Assembly (NCBI GenBank): GCA_016702505.1
Contig: JADJDU010000003.1
Span: 256,265-320,264 of the forward strand
Source: Microthrixaceae bacterium
Lineage (GTDB): Bacteria; Actinomycetota; Acidimicrobiia; Acidimicrobiales; Iamiaceae
DNA: 64,000 nt
Reading direction: 5' to 3'
A program made the translations under genes and the position numbers. Shown piece by piece: positions 10,219 through 19,681 of the stretch (positions are counted from its first letter, which is position 1; the number at the start of each line of letters is the position of its first letter). The notes below the pieces were generated by a model that was not told the DNA's origin, did not search any database, and saw only the letters and a program-made list of their open reading frames with translations.

Positions 10219-11067
10219 TCAGCCGATGCGGGCCGACTGCCCGCCATCGACGGGCAGGATCACGCCGGTGACGAAACGACTCCGATCGCTGGCCAGGTAC
10301 AGGACCGCCTCGGCGACATCCCAGGCGGTGCCCATCTTCCCGCCGAGCGGCACCATCGAGTCACGAAGCCGGCGGAGGTCGTCGGGATCGACCCCGGCGG
10401 CTTCGCTGATCCCCTCGATGGCCATGGGGGTGTCCATCAAACCCGGCATGATGGCGTTGACCCGCACGCCTCGCTTGACGCTGGACATGGCCAGCTGGTG
10501 GGTGAGGGCGTTCACCCCGGCCTTGGAGGTCTTGTAGGCCAGGACCCCGACCGAACAGACCGCGGCCACCGAGGAGACGTTGACCACCGCTCCCGATCCC
10601 TGAGCGCGGAGCAACGGGACGATGTGCTTGCAGGTGAGCCACATCCCCTTGAGGTTGACGTCGTGGATGAGGTCCCAGCTCTCCTCGGTGAGCTTGGTGG
10701 CGCCGGTGTCGCCCGAGCCGATACCGACGTTGTTGATCAACACGTCGACGTGGCCGTACCGCTCGATTACCTCGGTGGCGATGACGCGGCAGTCCGCCTC
10801 GCTGGTGATATCGGCTCGCAGGGCCGATGCGGTACCTCCTTCGGCCTCGATCATCGCCACCGTCTCGGCCGCCGAATCCAGGTCACGGTCTACAGCCAGT
10901 ATCGAAGCACCATCTCGAGCCAGGAGGATGGACGTGGCCCGTCCGTTTCCGATGGTCGTGCCGGGGGTCTGGCCGGCTCCGACCACCACCGCCACGTGGC
11001 CGGTGAGCCGTCGTTCGCCAGGATCAGGCCCACCTAACACGGGCTCCGCTGCGGTCACGTCGGCCAT
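10219..11067 (-). CDS. SDR family NAD(P)-dependent oxidoreductase
   Basis: VVVGAGQTPGTTIGNG Rossmann motif and a YxxxK active site (LAYKTSK). Confidence 0.8.
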   Translation of the reverse strand: MADVTAAEPVLGGPDPGERRLTGHVAVVVGAGQTPGTTIGNGRATSILLARDGASILAVDRDLDSAAETVAMIEAEGGTASALRADITSEADCRVIATEVIERYGHVDVLINNVGIGSGDTGATKLTEESWDLIHDVNLKGMWLTCKHIVPLLRAQGSGAVVNVSSVAAVCSVGVLAYKTSKAGVNALTHQLAMSSVKRGVRVNAIMPGLMDTPMAIEGISEAAGVDPDDLRRLRDSMVPLGGKMGTAWDVAEAVLYLASDRSRFVTGVILPVDGGQSARIG

Positions 11068-11723
11068 CCGGGCACGCCTGGTTCGCGCTGGACGCCGAAG
11101 GTATTGAGCGCCATCGAGACCATCACGTACTGGCCGACGGTGAACACGAGATCGATCAACTGCTGAACGCTCAGCTCAGCCTCGAGCAATGCCCAGGTCT
11201 GATCGGTGATCCGGTGCTCGGCGACCAGTTCGTCGACGGCTCGTACCAACATCGAATCGCTTTCGGACCAGCCCGAAACGCCCTCGGTGGCGAGACTCCT
11301 CACCTCGTCATCGGTGAGTCCGGCTCGCAGTCCGATCACCGTGTGCTGACCGAACTCGTAGTCGCTTCGGCACCGCCAACCAGCGCGCAGGATCATCATC
11401 TCTCGCTCCCGCTCGGGGATGGAGTTCCCGGCGAGGACGTGGCCACCGAAGCGGAGCCAGCTCTTGAGGGCCTTGGGATGGTGGGCGAGCGTGGTGAAGA
11501 TGTTGAGCCCACCCAGCGAGTCGATCAGCGTGTTGGTCTCTGGGTCGCGTTGGTCTGCAGTGGTGGGCGCCAACCGGGGACCTGATTCGGTCGAGGTCGG
11601 CTCAGGTCCGGGTGATGCCATGTGGCTCCGATCGTGGTCCCTGACTCGGTCCCGGCGGGGCGCCGGCGAGGACCGCGATGGTCCCACAGGAAATCGGTGG
11701 ATGTGGCGGTTTGGGACTGGCAA
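11055..11723 (-). CDS. carboxymuconolactone decarboxylase (AhpD-like) family protein; start probably internal (~11624)
   Basis: C-terminal ~150 aa match the CMD/AhpD fold (two alpha-helical repeats; HTVIGLRAGLTDDEV...). Confidence 0.65.
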   Translation of the reverse strand: MPVPNRHIHRFPVGPSRSSPAPRRDRVRDHDRSHMASPGPEPTSTESGPRLAPTTADQRDPETNTLIDSLGGLNIFTTLAHHPKALKSWLRFGGHVLAGNSIPEREREMMILRAGWRCRSDYEFGQHTVIGLRAGLTDDEVRSLATEGVSGWSESDSMLVRAVDELVAEHRITDQTWALLEAELSVQQLIDLVFTVGQYVMVSMALNTFGVQREPGVPGWPT

Positions 11724-13030
11724 TTAGATCGCAATACGATGTATTTGTGGTTGCCCAGGACAAGACCCCGTCAGACCTCCGATGGAGAACCAACAGGTTG
11801 CGCCAACGTCTGGTCTCCCCCGAACTGAGCGCGGGTCTTTCGGTCCCGGTGATCGTGGTCGGCCTAGGCGGTGGCCTCATCGGCGCCGCCTACCTCACCG
11901 CCCTCCACCTCGTCACCGAACTGATCGGACCTGGTGATCGTCCGAGCTGGCATCAAGGGTTGATCCTGGTCGTGGTCGGCGCGGCCATCACCCTGCTGAC
12001 GAAGGTCCTGGGCCCCAGCGGCAACGTCGAACTGCTCGTCGACAACATCCACGTACTTGGAGGTGCCGAGGACACCCGGATGGTCCGCTCGGTGATACCC
12101 ACCTCGCTCTTGTGCGTCGGCGCAGGCGGAACCATGGGCCCCGAAGCCCCGCTCGTGCAGACCAACGGCACCCTCGGGTCCTGGGTCGCCGGAAGGTACG
12201 GACTGGATCCGGCCGACGTGCGGGTGCTCACCATCACCGGCATGGCCGCCGGGTTCAGCGTGTTGTTCGGAGCTCCGCTGGGTGCCGCGCTGTTCGCCCT
12301 GGAGATCCTCCACCGACGGGGTCTCCAGTACTACGAGGCCCTGGTGCCCGCCATCATCGGGGCCTTGGCCGGCCACGCCGTCTACTTCGCCGCATCCGGA
12401 CTCGGGCTCCGCCCGGTGTGGACCCTTCCCCCGGTGGGAAGCCTGAGCGGTGCCGACCTCGGGTGGGGAATCATCTGTGGTCTGCTCGGCGGCGTCGGCG
12501 CCCTGGCCTTCGGGCGCCTGGTGAACATGGCGAAACGCGTCACCTCGGGAATCTCTCCGATCTGGTTGCCGACGCTCGGCGGTGCCGCCCTCGGCGCCTT
12601 GGCCTGGTGGTCGCCCTTCGCGCTCACCAACGGCGAGTTCCAGGTGGAGGAGATCGTGGCCGGAGGCCTCACCGCCGGTGCTCTGGCCGTAGCAATGGTG
12701 GCCAAGCTGGCCGGAGTGCTCGTGACCCTCACCGCCCAGTGGAAGGGCGGTTTCATCATCCCTCTGTTCTTCATCGGAATCGCCGGAGGTCAACTGATCG
12801 GCGAGCTGGTGCCATCGGCAAACGTGACGGTGGTGATGGTGGGCCTGGCCGTCGGCCTCTGCGTCGGGGTCACCAAAACCCCCCTGGGCTCGACCCTGGT
12901 CGTCACCCAGATGGCGGGCCTGACCCTGGCCCCCACTGCGCTGATCGCCGCCACCCTCGCCCTGGTGTTGACCAACCGAGACGCGGTGATCGAATCTCAA
13001 CGACCCCGGGTAGACCTGTCCACGACATGA
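11678..13030 (+). CDS. ClC family voltage-gated chloride channel / H+-Cl- antiporter (start uncertain)
   Basis: Multi-TM protein with ClC selectivity motifs GTMGPEAP, GAPLGAALFALE and GGFIIPLFFIG. Confidence 0.75.
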   Translation: MVPQEIGGCGGLGLAIRSQYDVFVVAQDKTPSDLRWRTNRLRQRLVSPELSAGLSVPVIVVGLGGGLIGAAYLTALHLVTELIGPGDRPSWHQGLILVVVGAAITLLTKVLGPSGNVELLVDNIHVLGGAEDTRMVRSVIPTSLLCVGAGGTMGPEAPLVQTNGTLGSWVAGRYGLDPADVRVLTITGMAAGFSVLFGAPLGAALFALEILHRRGLQYYEALVPAIIGALAGHAVYFAASGLGLRPVWTLPPVGSLSGADLGWGIICGLLGGVGALAFGRLVNMAKRVTSGISPIWLPTLGGAALGALAWWSPFALTNGEFQVEEIVAGGLTAGALAVAMVAKLAGVLVTLTAQWKGGFIIPLFFIGIAGGQLIGELVPSANVTVVMVGLAVGLCVGVTKTPLGSTLVVTQMAGLTLAPTALIAATLALVLTNRDAVIESQRPRVDLSTT

Positions 13031-13452
13031 ACGCCCGGCCCGACGATGAACTGACCGACAAGGACTACCAGAGACTGGCACGCTTCCGCCACGGCCTGCG
13101 GGTGTTCCTTCGCTTCTCCGAGGAAGCGGCCCGTTTCGAGGGCATCACCCCGGCCCAACACCAGTTGATGCTGGCCGTGCGAGGCTGGCCCCACCCTCAA
13201 GACCCCACCCTCACCAACCTGGCCGAAGCCCTCCAGCTTCGTCTTCACTCCGCTGGGGAACTGGCCCGACGGGCTCAAGCCGCCGGATTGGTGGACCTTC
13301 ACGTCGACCCGAGCGATCACCGCAGACAGCACGTGTCCCTCACCGCGATGGGAGCAGAGAAGCTCCGCGCCTTGTCGGTGCTACACCGAGACGAGCTACG
13401 GCGCTTCGGAGCCGACCTGTCAGACCTGTTCACCGGGGACGAATCGTTCTGA
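13027..13452 (+). CDS. MarR family transcriptional regulator
   Basis: Real gene is only the C-terminal part of track ORF 12112..13452. ATG at 13027 overlaps the ClC stop (ATGA). Winged-helix ...ITPAQHQLMLAVRGWPH...LTNLAEALQLRLHSAGELARRAQAAGLV. Confidence 0.7.
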   Translation: MNARPDDELTDKDYQRLARFRHGLRVFLRFSEEAARFEGITPAQHQLMLAVRGWPHPQDPTLTNLAEALQLRLHSAGELARRAQAAGLVDLHVDPSDHRRQHVSLTAMGAEKLRALSVLHRDELRRFGADLSDLFTGDESF

Positions 13453-13564
13453 ACACCAGATGTGCGGGCCAGCCGTGGCTGGACCTAGTGGATCCCCATT
13501 AGGTTTACTGACCCCGCACGCCCCGGACAGACGCCGTCAACCACGGCCCGGGACCCGGACCCCG

Positions 13565-13640
13565 GGGCCACTAGCTCAATTGGCAGAGCATCGGACTTTT
13601 AATCCGCCGGTTCAGGGTTCGAGTCCCTGGTGGCCCACCA
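13565..13640 (+). tRNA. tRNA-Lys (anticodon UUU), with CCA encoded
   Basis: GGGCCACTAGCTCAATTGGCAGAGCATCGGACTTTTAATCCGCCGGTTCAGGGTTCGAGTCCCTGGTGGCCCACCA. Cloverleaf folds with a 7-bp acceptor stem, anticodon loop CTTTTAA and T-loop GGTTCGAGTCC. Close to canonical bacterial tRNA-Lys. Confidence 0.85.
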
Positions 13641-13645
13641 ACTCG

Positions 13646-13669
13646 AATCCCCTGCTCACGTAGGGGATT
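13646..13669 (+). terminator. perfect 8-bp stem-loop immediately 3' of tRNA-Lys (AATCCCCT-gctcacgt-AGGGGATT); tRNA terminator or att-associated inverted repeat
   Basis: Inverted repeat read directly from the sequence. No U-tract follows, so the function is uncertain. Confidence 0.3.
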
Positions 13670-13870
13670 TGGCCGTTCAGAGGCTCCTTCGCGGGAGGTG
13701 CATCAGGCCCACTTACGCGGTTCGCGACCGCGATGCACCCTCTGATGCACCTTCCGATGCACCGTTTGGCGGCGTACCCTGTTGTCCGGTGGTCGATGGC
13801 CTCCACCTCGTCATGGCCGTCCCAAACGTTGTTGCAGCGCCGCGGAGCGCTGGACGAAGGGACGAAGGCC

Positions 13871-15325
13871 ATGGCGAGATCGTTGGCGGAACGGTTCGAG
13901 GAGAAGGTCGATCGGACTGGTGAGCACCACCTGTGGCTCGGAGCCACGAACCCCGATCGGGGCACCGGGCGACTGAAGGTCGCTGGACGCAACATGACGG
14001 CGCACCGGGTTGCTTGGGAGATCGAGCACGGCGAGGCGCCGCCAGGCACCAAGGTGCTCCCGTGCCGGGTCGAGCCGAGGTGCGTCCGACCGGATCATCT
14101 GACTGTCGAGCACACCACCAGTGGTGCAGTGCAGCGGTCAGCTCGAGGTGGTGGCTCCAAGCGTGAGGTCGGCCCGGGCACCTGGGAGCTGGCAGCGTCT
14201 GCGGGCATCGGTTCGGATGGCAAGCCCAAGCGGGTGTTTCGCCGCGTGACCGGGACCAAGCAGGAAGCGGCCCGAGCCCTTGCCGCGCTCGTAGCCGAGG
14301 TCGGCGACGGCCGAGATGTTCCGGACCGCTCCCAGAAGGGCGTCACGGTGAAGCAGCTGCTCGACGGCTACCTCGATCACCTGCGCGATCACAAGGGTCG
14401 ACGTCACTCGACGCTGGTCCGCTACGGAGGTCTCGCCGAGCGTTGGATCGCCCCGCATCTGGGCAGCCGTGTCGCTGATCGAGTGCTTCCTGATGACGTC
14501 GAGCGGGCGCTCGGGGTCATGCGGGCTGCCGGGCAGAGCCAGAGCTCGATCCACCAGACGTTCACGTTGCTCAACGGCACGTTCAAGTGGGCTCGGCGCA
14601 ATCGGGTGATCAGCCGCAACCCGATGATCGAAGCCGAGGAGCCGAGGAGCACCGCGATTCGCCGCGAGGTCATCCCGCCCGACATCGAGTCGCTCCTGCG
14701 GCTGCTCGCCGCCGCGAAGGACGTCGATGCCGAGTTCGGGCTCCTCGCCCACCTCGGCGCGGTGACGGGTATGCGTCGTGGTGAGCTTGCCGGGCTCCGC
14801 TGGCGCGCTGTCGATCTCGAGGCCGAACGCATCGAGGTCGCGACGACGGTCAACGACGCTGGCGGCACCGTCGTGATCACCGACACCACCAAGACCGGCA
14901 AGCCCCGCCTGGTGGGCATCGACGCCCACACCGTCGGGATGCTCCGCTCGCACCGCCGCGGCATGGAGGAGCGCGCGGCGGCGTGCGGGACCGTGCTTGT
15001 CGAGGACGCGTTCGTCGCCAGCAGGTCACCCGACGGCTCCCTGCCGGTGCGCCCCGAACAGCTGTCCCGCAAGATGCTCCGGCTCCGCCGGCGGCTCGGC
15101 ATGGACGCCGCCAACTTCGACGCCACGATGCACGCCCTGCGGCACTGGGCCCAGACGACGCTCACCGAAGCCGGGTTCGATTCGCGTCAGATCGCGGATC
15201 GGGGCGGCCACACCGAGGCCCTGATGAAGTCGGTCTACATCCACCGCACCGACGAGTCCGAGCAGAGGATGACCTCCCATCTCGGGTCGCTGCTGGCAAC
15301 CCCGCCGAGCACTCCCGAGGGGTGA
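13871..15325 (+). CDS. int: tyrosine-type site-specific integrase with an N-terminal HNH_3/AP2-like DNA-binding domain
   Basis: C-terminal catalytic domain with ...HALRHWAQTTL... and ...SVYIHRTDESEQ (R-H-R-Y family). N-terminus HHLWLGATNPDRGTGRLKVAGRNMTAHRVAWEIEHGEAPPGTKVLPCRVEPRCVRPDHL fits an HNH_3/AP2-type arm-binding domain. RBS GAAGG before ATG 13871. Confidence 0.85.
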   Translation: MARSLAERFEEKVDRTGEHHLWLGATNPDRGTGRLKVAGRNMTAHRVAWEIEHGEAPPGTKVLPCRVEPRCVRPDHLTVEHTTSGAVQRSARGGGSKREVGPGTWELAASAGIGSDGKPKRVFRRVTGTKQEAARALAALVAEVGDGRDVPDRSQKGVTVKQLLDGYLDHLRDHKGRRHSTLVRYGGLAERWIAPHLGSRVADRVLPDDVERALGVMRAAGQSQSSIHQTFTLLNGTFKWARRNRVISRNPMIEAEEPRSTAIRREVIPPDIESLLRLLAAAKDVDAEFGLLAHLGAVTGMRRGELAGLRWRAVDLEAERIEVATTVNDAGGTVVITDTTKTGKPRLVGIDAHTVGMLRSHRRGMEERAAACGTVLVEDAFVASRSPDGSLPVRPEQLSRKMLRLRRRLGMDAANFDATMHALRHWAQTTLTEAGFDSRQIADRGGHTEALMKSVYIHRTDESEQRMTSHLGSLLATPPSTPEG

Positions 15326-15450
15326 ACAGGCGGGGCGTGTCGCAGATCGGGGACAAGGAATCGCGGTGAGTTCGCGATTTCTGCGCGGTTTTCGAGGCCT
15401 AGAGAGGCCTACGTAGGTAACGGGATCATCGCGCCCGTTCGGAGGTCACC

Positions 15451-15912
15451 ATGGCAGCCGAGCAGCTCACCCTCCTGGACCTCGCACCCGAGGTCACCGG
15501 ACCGAGGTCGGCGCGTCCGCGGGCGCGCCGAGCCGGACCCGCCAAGCCTGCGATCGCTGCGCGTTCGGACGCCAGGTCGGCCGAGCCGGTGGCGGGAGAG
15601 GTAGTGATCGAGCACCGCTACCCGCAGGCGCTCGAGTTCCTGCGCGAGCACGGGCCCGACGCGGTGGCGGTGCTGCACGTCCTTGTCGCCCAGGCCGACT
15701 CGGTCGACGGGCGGCTGGAGGTCGCGGCGAGCACCCGGGGTATGGCCGAGCGGCTCGGGTTCCTGTCCAAGGACAGCGCGCATCGGCGGCTGCGCCAGCT
15801 CAGCCGAGCCGGCGTCCTCGAAGCCCTGCCTTCGACGGGACCAATGGACCCACCTGCCTACGTGGTTCACCTCGACGGCACCGGCATCACCGTCACCCAT
15901 CCCTCCCGCTGA
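15451..15912 (+). CDS. winged-helix DNA-binding protein (putative relaxosome accessory/regulatory protein)
   Basis: GGAGG RBS 6 nt before the ATG. C-terminal ...AERLGFLSKDSAHRRLRQLSRAGVLEAL is wHTH-like. Confidence 0.55.
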   Translation: MAAEQLTLLDLAPEVTGPRSARPRARRAGPAKPAIAARSDARSAEPVAGEVVIEHRYPQALEFLREHGPDAVAVLHVLVAQADSVDGRLEVAASTRGMAERLGFLSKDSAHRRLRQLSRAGVLEALPSTGPMDPPAYVVHLDGTGITVTHPSR

Positions 15913-15970
15913 AGGAGCTACCCGTGACCGAACCGACTCGAGCGCAAGCGTCGCAGCGATCGACAGACGA

Positions 15971-18900
15971 GTGCACGAGCTCGTGCGGGGGTCGGTCGTG
16001 ACCGCCAGAGTGACCACGCTCAAGGGCCCCGATGCCGGCGCCTACTACGTCGACGGCCCCGGCCGGTACTACCTCGACGGCGACGAGCCGCCCGGCCGGT
16101 GGTTCGGCCGCGGCGCCACTGCGCTCGGCCTCGCGGGGGAGGTGGATGACGATGACTTCCTGTCCCTGATGGATGGCCGGGACCCGGCCAGCGGCGAGCT
16201 GCTGGGCACAAGGCATCACGAGCGAACAGTGCGCGGGTTCGACGTCACCTGCTCGGCCCCGAAGTCGGTGTCGGTCCTGTTCGCTATCGGAGACGACCGC
16301 GTCCGCAAGGAGGTCCTCGAGGCGCATGACGCTGCGGTCGCTGCGGCGTTCGGGTGGATCGAGGATCACGCCCACTGCCGGTATCGGGTCGATGGCGAGG
16401 TGTGGACCGTCGATGCCCGGGGCCTGGTCGCTGCCGCGTTCCGCCAGCACACCAGCCGGGCACATGATCCGCAGCTCCACACCCACCTGGTGATCCTGAA
16501 TCGGGTGATGGCCCCCGACGGCCGGTGGCTGGCGCTCGATGCGCGGACCCTGAAGCACGACCAGCGCACCATCTCCGCGCTCTACGCCGCGGGGCTGCGC
16601 TCGGAGCTGACCACCCGGCTCGGCGTCCGGTGGAACGAGGTCGTGAACGGTCAGGCCGAGATGGTTGAAGCCCCCGACGAGGTCCTCGACGCCTTCTCCC
16701 AGCGCACCCGCCAGATGGCCCGCCGCCTCGATGAGAAGACAGAGCGCTTCGTCGACAACCTGGGCCGACGACCCACGCCACGGGAGCGGTGGCGCATCGA
16801 ACGCGAAGCCGCCATCGACAGCCGACCCTCCAAGACCAGCGAGGACGCCCAGAGCCTCCACGAGCAATGGGCCGAGCAGCTCGACGCACTCGGCTACAAT
16901 TCATCCAGCTACCTGGAGCGGGTCGCCGGCCGCACCCGCGCGATCGAGGCCGACGCCACTACCGATCGGGACGCGGTCGTCGACGCGTTGTCCTCGCTAC
17001 GAGACACCCAGTCGGTGTGGCGCCCCGCCGAGATCACCCGCGAGATCGCCGCCGCACTGCCCACCCGCCTCGGCGGCACCGCCACCGAGACCGTCGACAG
17101 AGCGCAGCGGCTGGCGTCGCACGTCGAGGACGAGCTGACCGTCGACATCTCCCGACCCGTGCCCGGCAACATCCCGCTCCGCCAGGACGGGCGACCGGTC
17201 ACCGAAGGAGCCCTCGACCGCATCCTCACCACGAAGGCGATCCTCGACGAGGAGGGGCACATTCTCGACCTCACCCGCCGCTGGACGGCCGAAGGCGGCA
17301 GCGATGCGCAGGACCTGGACCCCGACGGCGAGCTGACCGCCGTGCAGAACCACGCAGCGGGCGCCGTCGCAGGAGAGCGACGCCTCGTGCTGGTCGTGGG
17401 ACCGGCTGGCACCGGCAAGACCACCGCCATGCGCCCCGCCGTTGCCCGACTTCACGCCGAGGGGCGACCGTGCTTCGGTGTCGCACCCTCGGCCGCGGCA
17501 GCGGAGGTGCTGGCGGTGGACACCGGGATGGATGCCGACACGCTCGACAAGCTCCTCATCGAGCACCGCCTCGAACGGCCGCCGCGCCATCGCTACGACC
17601 TCCCCGCCGGGACGACCGTCGTGGTCGATGAAGCCGCGATGGTGCCCACGCCACGCCTGGCCGAGCTGATCAACCTCGCTGAGCGACGTGGGTGGCGGCT
17701 CGCCCTGGTCGGTGACCCGATGCAGTTCGCCGCCGTCGGCCGCTCGGGCATGTTCGGCCACCTCGTCGACACCATCGGCGCCGTCGAGCTCGACCGGGTC
17801 CATCGCTTCGACGCGTCCTGGGAACGAGACGCCAGCCTCCGGCTCCGCCGAGGCGACACGGACGTCGTCGCCCTCTACAACAACCACGACCGGTTCCACG
17901 GCGGCACCGCCCGCCAGATGGCCACCGCCACCGTCATCGCATGGCGACGCGCCATCGAGGCCGGGGAGACCGCGGCGATGATGGCCCCGACCCGCGAAGC
18001 CGTCGCTGTCCTCAACGAGATCGCGCAACAGATCCGGATCGCCGCCGAAGAGGTCGAGCCGAAGAGCCCGTCGGTGAAGCTCGGCCCGACCCGGGCGCAT
18101 GTCGGCGACCTGGTCGCCACCCGACGCAACGACCGCACGCTGCTCACCGACCGAGGACGGATGGTCAAGAACCGCGACCACTGGACCATCCAAGCCGTCC
18201 ACGCTGACCGGTCGGTCACGGTCGCCGGGGCGACCGGACGCGTCACCCTGCCCGTCGACTACGTCGCTGGGGATGTCGAGCTGGCGTACGCCGAGACCAG
18301 CCACGCCACCCAAGGACGCACCGTCGACCGCTCCTTCCTCTACCTCGACGGCCCCGCCGACACCCGAGGCATCTACGTCCCACTCACCCGAGGCCGCACC
18401 GCCAACAAGGCCTTCGTCGTCCTGCGCGATGAGCGCACCGCCGCCGAGGTCATCGCAGAATGCGTCGCTCGAACTTGGATCGACCAACCCGCCACAGCAC
18501 TCCGCCGCGACCACGCCTCCGAGCCGTCGGATACGGGTAGGGGAAGAGGCCGCGGTGTGGCGGCCGCCCCCGCTGCCAGGCCTCGCCTGCCTCTACCAGC
18601 CGACGAGCTGCTGGACCTGGTACAACGCACCATCTGCCAACAGGCCGCCGCCGACAAGCACCAGGCCGTGCTCAAGGCCCACAAACAGAACCTCTCGAAC
18701 CTCGCCAGCTGGGCCCGTGAGGCCAACCGGGAGTACCGCAGCACCGTAAGGCGCCTGGCGGAAGCCAAGCGGATGCTCGCCGAGCACGACCGGCCGCTAC
18801 ACCGACGCCAACACCGGGCCGCGATCCGCCAAGCAAAGCAAGATGTAGCCGACCTACCCGGCAGACTCGACGCCCTGAACCAGGAACGCACCGACCTCGT

Positions 18901-19315
18901 GTCGAGACACGCCGCCGAGAAGAAGGCGCAACACCGAACGAACATCGCTGCGAAGGCCAGGCCCGAGAACTTCGCCGTCGACAGGACCGACGCCGCCATC
19001 GCCGACGACGCCCGCACCCGAGGCGAACGGATTGCAGCCGGCCCCGACCCGGTATACCTCGATCACCTCGGCCCCGTCCCCGACGCCCCGGAGGCGCGAG
19101 AACACTGGATCGACGCCGCCGGCAGAGTCGCCCAACACCACACCCTCTGGGGCCAGCCCACCGGGCCGACCTTCGTCGGCCACATGCCCACGTTCAACAA
19201 CGACGAGGACTATCGCCAAACCTTCTACGCCGCCAACCAAGCCATCCACGACCTCGACCGTACCGCCGGCATCCCCCATCGAGCCCAACAGTGCCCGGGC
19301 CTGGCGCTCTTATAA
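15971..19315 (+). CDS. MobF-family conjugative relaxase (TrwC/TraA-like) with C-terminal RecD-like helicase domain
   Basis: N-terminal relaxase motifs as in TrwC: YY..GxxYY, CSAPKSVSVLFA, HTSRAHDPQLHTHLVILN (3-His motif). Central Walker A VVGPAGTGKTT. Start is a GTG at 15971, 15998 or 16010, downstream of GAAGGAG. Confidence 0.85.
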   Translation: MHELVRGSVVTARVTTLKGPDAGAYYVDGPGRYYLDGDEPPGRWFGRGATALGLAGEVDDDDFLSLMDGRDPASGELLGTRHHERTVRGFDVTCSAPKSVSVLFAIGDDRVRKEVLEAHDAAVAAAFGWIEDHAHCRYRVDGEVWTVDARGLVAAAFRQHTSRAHDPQLHTHLVILNRVMAPDGRWLALDARTLKHDQRTISALYAAGLRSELTTRLGVRWNEVVNGQAEMVEAPDEVLDAFSQRTRQMARRLDEKTERFVDNLGRRPTPRERWRIEREAAIDSRPSKTSEDAQSLHEQWAEQLDALGYNSSSYLERVAGRTRAIEADATTDRDAVVDALSSLRDTQSVWRPAEITREIAAALPTRLGGTATETVDRAQRLASHVEDELTVDISRPVPGNIPLRQDGRPVTEGALDRILTTKAILDEEGHILDLTRRWTAEGGSDAQDLDPDGELTAVQNHAAGAVAGERRLVLVVGPAGTGKTTAMRPAVARLHAEGRPCFGVAPSAAAAEVLAVDTGMDADTLDKLLIEHRLERPPRHRYDLPAGTTVVVDEAAMVPTPRLAELINLAERRGWRLALVGDPMQFAAVGRSGMFGHLVDTIGAVELDRVHRFDASWERDASLRLRRGDTDVVALYNNHDRFHGGTARQMATATVIAWRRAIEAGETAAMMAPTREAVAVLNEIAQQIRIAAEEVEPKSPSVKLGPTRAHVGDLVATRRNDRTLLTDRGRMVKNRDHWTIQAVHADRSVTVAGATGRVTLPVDYVAGDVELAYAETSHATQGRTVDRSFLYLDGPADTRGIYVPLTRGRTANKAFVVLRDERTAAEVIAECVARTWIDQPATALRRDHASEPSDTGRGRGRGVAAAPAARPRLPLPADELLDLVQRTICQQAAADKHQAVLKAHKQNLSNLASWAREANREYRSTVRRLAEAKRMLAEHDRPLHRRQHRAAIRQAKQDVADLPGRLDALNQERTDLVSRHAAEKKAQHRTNIAAKARPENFAVDRTDAAIADDARTRGERIAAGPDPVYLDHLGPVPDAPEAREHWIDAAGRVAQHHTLWGQPTGPTFVGHMPTFNNDEDYRQTFYAANQAIHDLDRTAGIPHRAQQCPGLALL

Positions 19316-19681
19316 GCGGACCAGGTCGCTCAACCGGTCGACAGCCGGCTCCCGCATAGCCGGCGCTCTCCACCGCAAGAAGTGGGCCAGACTTTAGCAG
19401 CGCCCGAGACCATCATCGTTAGAAGCAGCCAAGCCACCCGCCCTGCGACGGAACACTTGCCCCCGAATGGGGCCAAAGGTCAAGCCTAGATCAGGCAACA
19501 CCGTCGATCTGATAATTGCCCCGCAAAAGATTTGACCGGCGCCGCAATCTGCGGCCGGCCGCCATGCTATGCGCCACACGCCGCCAACACGCCGGAATCG
19601 CTAGGAACCCGTCTCTGCCCTAGTTCCGCAACCTAAGAGCCGAGGACCGTGTCGCCGCCGACCTTCAGGAAGCGTGGAGCG

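Noticed and set aside
11864-13081. 405-aa minus-strand ORF
   Set aside because: Antisense to the ClC channel gene; composition typical of a GC-rich frame artefact.
12112-13452. 446-aa plus ORF
   Set aside because: Only its last 141 aa (MarR, from ATG 13027) are real; the rest is an out-of-frame read-through over the ClC gene.
13612-14052. ORFs ending ...VGHQGLEP (13612..14052, 23324..23590) and the same C-terminal tail on the doc ORF
   Set aside because: The shared tail is just translation of the reverse strand of the tRNA-Lys 3' repeat; the first two ORFs are artefacts and the Doc C-terminus is artificially extended.
16997-18514. 505-aa minus ORF and other long ORFs antisense to the relaxase (15893..16867, 16284..16904)
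   Set aside because: Antisense to the strongly supported TrwC-like relaxase; no domains.
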